Source: Escherichia coli
Lineage (GTDB): Bacteria > Pseudomonadota > Gammaproteobacteria > Enterobacterales > Enterobacteriaceae
DNA: 64,000 bases
Assembly (NCBI RefSeq): GCF_013315695.1
Contig: NZ_CP054353.1
Strand: one strand, 5' to 3'
Below the pieces are notes generated by a model, which saw only the letters and a list, made by a program, of their open reading frames with translations, ran no database searches and was not told where the DNA came from. Positions 59,229-64,000 of the stretch are shown here, in pieces (position 1 is the stretch's first letter; each line of letters begins with the position of its first letter). Made by a program: the position numbers and the translations under genes.

Positions 59229-59254
59229 GTTGTCCATGATTGTCCATAGACAAC
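59229..59254 (+). promoter_or_regulatory. Candidate operator dyad upstream of the HutC-type regulator / PTS cluster
   Basis: GTTGTCCATG-N6-CATAGACAAC (arms match 9 of 10), 20-45 nt upstream of the regulator start; contains the GT..AC core common in GntR/HutC operators. Confidence 0.4.
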
Positions 59255-59276
59255 TGTAAATGTTCAGGTGCGCGCC

Positions 59277-60023
59277 ATGAAATCATTAAGTAAGTCGTCA
59301 CAAATACCGCTCTATCAACAAGTGGTGGAGTGGATAAGAGAAAGTATTTATACCGGGGATCTGGTGGAAGACGATCGCATTCCTTCGGAATACCAGATTA
59401 TGGATATGCTGGAAGTGAGTCGGGGAACCGTTAAAAAAGCGGTCGCCCAACTGGTAAAAGAAGGCGTGTTGATTCAGGTCCAGGGGAAGGGAACTTTTGT
59501 CAAAAAAGAGAACGTGGCATATCCGTTAGGTGAAGGATTATTGTCATTCGCGGAATCGCTGGAAAGCCAGAAAATACATTTTACCACTGAAGTTATTACG
59601 TCACGGATTGAACCGGCTAATCGTTATGTGGCAGAGAAATTAAGAATAACGCCCGGTCAGGATATTCTTTACCTTGAGCGTTTACGTTCAATTGGTGATG
59701 AAAAAGCGATGCTGATAGAGAACCGTATCAATATTGAGCTATGCCCCGGCATCGTGGAAATCGATTTTAATCAACATAATTTATTTCCAACAATAGAAAG
59801 TTTGTCGCAAAGAAAAATTCGTTACTCGGAAAGTCGCTATGCCGCGCGATTAATTGGTAATGAACGCGGTCATTTTTTAGATATCAGTGAAGATGCACCC
59901 GTTTTGCATCTGGAGCAGTTAGTCTTTTTCTCCCGAGAGTTACCCGTTGAGTTTGGCAACGTCTGGTTAAAAGGAAATAAATATTATCTGGGCACCGTGC
60001 TGCAACGGCGGGAAGTGAGTTAA
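59277..60023 (+). CDS. GntR/HutC-family transcriptional regulator (HTH plus UTRA-type effector domain)
   Basis: ATG at 59277 with AGGTG RBS (ORF track starts at GTG 59268); N-terminal HTH LVEDDRIPSEYQIMDMLEVSRGTVKKAVAQLVKEG. Confidence 0.8.
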   Translation: MKSLSKSSQIPLYQQVVEWIRESIYTGDLVEDDRIPSEYQIMDMLEVSRGTVKKAVAQLVKEGVLIQVQGKGTFVKKENVAYPLGEGLLSFAESLESQKIHFTTEVITSRIEPANRYVAEKLRITPGQDILYLERLRSIGDEKAMLIENRINIELCPGIVEIDFNQHNLFPTIESLSQRKIRYSESRYAARLIGNERGHFLDISEDAPVLHLEQLVFFSRELPVEFGNVWLKGNKYYLGTVLQRREVS

Positions 60024-60047
60024 ATACACTTTTTTATGAGGAATAAA

Positions 60048-60521
60048 ATGCAAGGCATACAGTTTCAGGAAAATTATATTCAACGACTTCCGGCAGGGTT
60101 AAGCGTTGAACAGATCATCCGTCAGTTAGCGCAACCGTTGGTTGCTGCTGAGCTGGTGGTCCCTGATTTTGCCAATCACGTACTGAAACGTGAGGCGACG
60201 TACCCAACGGGGCTGCCTACCGAACCACCGTGCGTCGCCATTCCGCACACGGACCATAAACATGTCCGGCACAATGCAATTGCCGTCGGTATTTTGCCAG
60301 AGCCGGTAGAGTTTGCCGATATGGGCGGCGACCCTGATCCCGTACCTGTCAGGGTGATTTTTTTGCTCGCCTTAAGTGAAAGTAATAAACAATTAAATGC
60401 CCTGGGCTGGATTATGGAGATGATTCAGGATACGCCCTTTATGCGCGCCCTGCTTACGATGGAAACAACAGAAATACACACAGTAATCTTAAACAAAATG
60501 AATGAACGAGGTGAAATATGA
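60048..60521 (+). CDS. PTS EIIA component, galactitol-type (EIIA-2 fold)
   Basis: ATG at 60048 with GAGGA RBS; phospho-His region CVAIPHTDHKHV; overall similar to GatA-type EIIA. Confidence 0.8.
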   Translation: MQGIQFQENYIQRLPAGLSVEQIIRQLAQPLVAAELVVPDFANHVLKREATYPTGLPTEPPCVAIPHTDHKHVRHNAIAVGILPEPVEFADMGGDPDPVPVRVIFLLALSESNKQLNALGWIMEMIQDTPFMRALLTMETTEIHTVILNKMNERGEI

Positions 60522-60799
60522 GTCAAACCATTTTATTTGTCTGCGCCACAGGTATTGCCACATCCACGGCGGTAACAGAAAAAGTCATGGAGTATTGCAA
60601 AGAGCACGGCCTTAACGTCAATTATTCCCAAACCAACGTTGCCTCTTTACCCGGTAATACCGACGGCGTAGCGCTGGTTGTTTCAACGACTAAAGTGCCT
60701 TATGAACTCGACGTCCCGGTAGTTAACGGCTTGCCGATTATTACCGGTATTGGCGAAGAGAAAGTACTGGCGCAAATTGTTTCGATTCTTAAAAAGTAA
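60518..60799 (+). CDS. PTS EIIB component, galactitol-type
   Basis: 93-aa ORF with phospho-Cys motif ILFVCATGIATS near the N-terminus; ATGA overlap with the EIIA gene. Confidence 0.8.
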   Translation: MSQTILFVCATGIATSTAVTEKVMEYCKEHGLNVNYSQTNVASLPGNTDGVALVVSTTKVPYELDVPVVNGLPIITGIGEEKVLAQIVSILKK

Positions 60800-60872
60800 T
60801 TAATAATTAATTCCAACCCACTCCATCAGGCGCTAACGCGAGGTGCGCTCTCGCCTGAAAAAGAGGTTTATT

Positions 60873-62231
60873 ATGAACGATATCGCGCATACCCTCTATA
60901 ATATTGTGCAATATATATTGGGATTTGGCCCCACGGTAATGTTGCCGTTGGTGTTATTTATTCTTGCTCTCTGTTTTAAAGTAAAACCCGCTAAAGCCTT
61001 ACGCTCGTCATTAACAGTCGGCATTGGTTTTGTCGGTATTTATGCCATTTTCGATATTCTTACCAGCAATGTCGGGCCAGCGGCCCAGGCGATGGTTGAA
61101 CGCACCGGAATTAATTTACCGGTGGTGGATTTAGGCTGGCCGCCGCTTTCCGCTATTACATGGGGTTCGCCAATTGCCCCGTTTGTTATTCCCCTGACCA
61201 TTCTGATTAATGTCGCAATGCTGGCGTTAAATAAAACCCGCACCGTTGATGTAGATATGTGGAACTACTGGCATTTTGCCCTTGCCGGTACGCTGGTTTA
61301 TTACAGCACCGGCAGCCTATTCTTTGGTTTGCTGGCGGCCGCGATTGCCGCAGTGGTGGTGCTAAAACTCGCCGACTGGTCTGCGCCACTGGTACAAAAA
61401 TACTTTGGCCTGGAAGGGATCTCATTGCCGACGCTCTCTTCGGTGGTGTTCTTCCCGGTCGGTCTGCTGGTCGACAAAATCATCGACCATATCCCTGGCC
61501 TCAATCGTATTCATATCGACCCGGAAACCGTACAGAAAAAGTTTGGCATCTTCGGCGAACCGATGATGGTTGGCACTATTCTGGGCATTCTGCTCGGCGT
61601 AATTGCCGGATACGATTTCAAAAAAGTCTTGCTGCTTGGCATCAGCATTGGCGGTGTGATGTTCATCCTGCCACGCATGGTTCGCATCCTGATGGAAGGT
61701 TTATTACCGCTGTCTGAAGCCATTAAAAAGTATCTCAATGCCAAATACCCTGACCGTGACGATCTCTATATAGGACTGGATATCGCCGTTGCCGTAGGTA
61801 ACCCGGCGATTATCTCCACCGCCCTGCTGCTGACGCCAATCTCGGTCTTTATCGCGTTTGTCCTCCCAGGTAATGAAGTCCTGCCGCTTGGCGACCTTGC
61901 CAACCTGGCGGTAATGGCGTCGATGATTGCTTTAGCCAGCCGTGGCAATATTTTCCGCACCGTTCTGGCGGCGATCCCGGTGATTATTGCCGACCTGTGG
62001 ATTGCCACTAAAATCGCGCCGTTTATTACCGGAATGGCGAAAGACGTTAACTTCAAATTTGCCGAAGGCTCCAGCGGCCAGGTTTCCAGTTTCCTTGATG
62101 GCGGTAACCCGTTCCGCTTCTGGCTGCTGGAAATCTTCAACGGCAATCTCATCGCCATTGGTCTGGTGCCGGTTATCGCCCTGATACTGTATGGCATTTT
62201 CCGAATGACGCGGAGCACGGTTTATGCCTGA
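60873..62231 (+). CDS. PTS EIIC permease, galactitol (Gat) family
   Basis: ATG at 60873 with AGAGG RBS (ORF track starts at GTG 60843); conserved blocks GPTVMLP, GIGFVGI, VDLGWPP, GEP, GNIFRT shared with GatC-type EIIC. Confidence 0.8.
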   Translation: MNDIAHTLYNIVQYILGFGPTVMLPLVLFILALCFKVKPAKALRSSLTVGIGFVGIYAIFDILTSNVGPAAQAMVERTGINLPVVDLGWPPLSAITWGSPIAPFVIPLTILINVAMLALNKTRTVDVDMWNYWHFALAGTLVYYSTGSLFFGLLAAAIAAVVVLKLADWSAPLVQKYFGLEGISLPTLSSVVFFPVGLLVDKIIDHIPGLNRIHIDPETVQKKFGIFGEPMMVGTILGILLGVIAGYDFKKVLLLGISIGGVMFILPRMVRILMEGLLPLSEAIKKYLNAKYPDRDDLYIGLDIAVAVGNPAIISTALLLTPISVFIAFVLPGNEVLPLGDLANLAVMASMIALASRGNIFRTVLAAIPVIIADLWIATKIAPFITGMAKDVNFKFAEGSSGQVSSFLDGGNPFRFWLLEIFNGNLIAIGLVPVIALILYGIFRMTRSTVYA

Positions 62232-63732
62232 TAACAGCGCAGCTATCGTTATCGATATTGGCACCACCAATTGCAAAGTCACCTGCTTTTCCTGCCTGGA
62301 TGCAACGACGTTGGGCGCGCATAAATTCGTGACGGCAAAACAGATCTCCCCACAGGGCGATGTCGATTTCGATATCGACGTCCTCTGGCAGGAGGTCCGC
62401 CAGGCAATAGCGCAACTGAGCGCCGCTTCGCCGCTGCCGGTCAGGCGGATAAGCATTGCCAGTTTTGGCGAGTCAGGGGTGTTTCTTGACGAGCATGGCG
62501 AGATCCTGACGCCAATGCTGGCATGGTATGACCGCCGCGGTGAAGAGTACCTGGCAACGCTTAGTGAGGCAGACAGTGCGGCGCTTTATGACATCTGCGG
62601 GCTACCGCTGCACAGCAATTACTCTGCCTTCAAAATGCGTTGGTTGCTGGAGCATTATCCACTGCGTAATCGCCGCGGCCTGCGTTGGCTACATGCGCCG
62701 GAAGTACTGCTCTGGCGGCTGACTGGCGAACAGCGTACGGATATCACCTTAGCCAGCCGTACGCTGTGTCTGGACGTGCGTAAAGGCGAATGGTCAGCGA
62801 AAGCGGCGGCGTTGTTACACGTTCCCTGTTCAGCATTTGCGCCATTGGTGCAGCCAGGCGAGCACGCCGGATGGGTCAGCGAGTCGCTCTGCAAAACGCT
62901 TGGGTTCTTGCAACCGGTCAGCGTGACGCTGGCCGGGCATGACCATATGGTGGGTGCGCGGGCGTTGCAGATGACGCCGGGCGATATCCTTAACTCGACG
63001 GGCACCACAGAAGGCATTCTGCAACTGGATACACAACCGACGCTGGATGAACAGGCCAAACGTGACAAGCTGGCAAACGGCTGTTATTCGCTTGCAAACC
63101 AGTTCACCCTGTTTGCGTCGCTGCCGGTGGGCGGTTTCGCTCTGGAGTGGCTGCGCAACACGTTCCGGCTAACCGATGAGGAGATCGCCGCATCACTTAC
63201 TCGCGGACATGCGGATTACCTGGCGGGGAACTGGTCGCTCGATGACATTCCCGTTTTTATTCCGCATCTTCGCGGTTCGGGTTCGCCCTATAAAAATCGC
63301 CATACCCGAGGATTATTTTATGGGCTTGGCGATACGTTAAATATCGATATGTTAATTGCCAGCGTCTCACTGGGATTAACCATGGAATTTGCCAACTGCT
63401 TCGCCTGTTTTAATGTGCCCGGCACCAGCGCGTTAAAAGTGATAGGTCCGGCAACCCATAATCCCCTTTGGCTGCAATTAAAGGCGGATATTTTACAGCG
63501 TCCGGTTGAAGCAATTGCATTTAACGAGGCGGTTTCTGTCGGAGCATTATTAACCGCCGCACCGGATATTCCACCGCCGCAAGTCACCATAGCCCAACGT
63601 TTGTTACCGAATCGGGCGAGATACCATCAATTACAGCGTTATCAGCACAAATGGAAAAGCTGGTATCAGTTGAAATTACAGCAAGAAGGCGTGATGCCAT
63701 TACATCATCGGGAGGAGCACTATGTTGAGTAA
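62224..63732 (+). CDS. FGGY-family carbohydrate kinase (rhamnulokinase/fuculokinase-like)
   Basis: 502-aa ORF; N-terminal phosphate-binding loop AIVIDIGTTNCKV and the FGGY second motif region AGHDHMVGA; overlaps the EIIC stop by 8 nt. Confidence 0.75.
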   Translation: MPDNSAAIVIDIGTTNCKVTCFSCLDATTLGAHKFVTAKQISPQGDVDFDIDVLWQEVRQAIAQLSAASPLPVRRISIASFGESGVFLDEHGEILTPMLAWYDRRGEEYLATLSEADSAALYDICGLPLHSNYSAFKMRWLLEHYPLRNRRGLRWLHAPEVLLWRLTGEQRTDITLASRTLCLDVRKGEWSAKAAALLHVPCSAFAPLVQPGEHAGWVSESLCKTLGFLQPVSVTLAGHDHMVGARALQMTPGDILNSTGTTEGILQLDTQPTLDEQAKRDKLANGCYSLANQFTLFASLPVGGFALEWLRNTFRLTDEEIAASLTRGHADYLAGNWSLDDIPVFIPHLRGSGSPYKNRHTRGLFYGLGDTLNIDMLIASVSLGLTMEFANCFACFNVPGTSALKVIGPATHNPLWLQLKADILQRPVEAIAFNEAVSVGALLTAAPDIPPPQVTIAQRLLPNRARYHQLQRYQHKWKSWYQLKLQQEGVMPLHHREEHYVE

Positions 63733-63991
63733 AACCGTGGAGGTCAGAAACAGTACTGGCCTGCATGCACGTCCGGCGGCCTGTCTGGCGAAAGCCGCCA
63801 AAAAATATAGCTGTAAAGTGACGCTGCATTATGAAGGTAATGATATTAATGCCACCAGCATGATGAATATTATGCGCGCCGGAATAAAAGGCGGAAAAAC
63901 GGTGGAAATACGCTGCGAAGGTGATGATGAAAACGAGGCAATACAAACTCTCACTACCTTATTTCGCGACCGCTTCGGTGAAGCTGAATAA
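63722..63991 (+). CDS. HPr-like phosphocarrier protein
   Basis: 89-aa ORF with the HPr active-site context NSTGLHARPAA (phospho-His); overlaps the kinase 3' end by 11 nt. Confidence 0.75.
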   Translation: MLSKTVEVRNSTGLHARPAACLAKAAKKYSCKVTLHYEGNDINATSMMNIMRAGIKGGKTVEIRCEGDDENEAIQTLTTLFRDRFGEAE

Positions 63992-64000
63992 TTAACTGAT

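Noticed and set aside
59268-59276. Upstream alternative start codons proposed by the ORF track (this GTG and similar extensions on asd, glgC, ugpC, livF, livK, livJ, ftsX, ggt, yhhY, dcrB, yhhS, yhhT)
   Set aside because: In each case a downstream ATG with a better-placed Shine-Dalgarno sequence gives the N-terminus and length I know for the protein family; the extensions are non-ATG codons lacking an RBS.

Overview
This window is an Escherichia coli-type chromosomal segment, collinear (from memory, not a search) with the K-12 region glgP to nikR. On this conserved backbone sit four strain-variable loci that I consider the most interesting content: (1) a compact two-gene cassette between yhgN and gntU encoding a RecQ-like helicase fused to a ComF-type phosphoribosyltransferase (PRTase) domain plus a translationally coupled DprA-like protein, which matches the architecture I recall for PsyrTA/RqlHI-type toxin-antitoxin/antiphage modules; (2) a single-gene insertion between the ugp and liv operons encoding a PLDc_N-like membrane anchor fused to TPR-like repeats; (3) an AT-rich islet carrying an Hcp-family protein with a C-terminal HNH nuclease motif (yhhZ) and an overlapping downstream gene (yrhA) with no IS element; (4) a galactitol-family PTS cluster after nikR with its own HutC-type regulator, EIIA/EIIB/EIIC, an FGGY sugar kinase and an HPr-like protein, running to the window edge. 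Conserved genes called: glgBXCAP, asd, yhgN, gntRKU, yhhW, yhhX, the sRNA RyhB (not in the ORF track), yhhY, yrhB, ggt, yhhA, ugpBAECQ, livKHMGF, panM, livJ, rpoH, ftsYEX, rsmD, yhhL/M/N, zntA, tusA, yhhQ, dcrB, yhhS, yhhT, acpT and nikABCDER. Several ORF-track entries use upstream alternative starts; I give the start I consider real. Small motif coordinates were counted by hand and may be off by 1-2 nt. No CRISPR array, rRNA, tRNA or transposase was seen.
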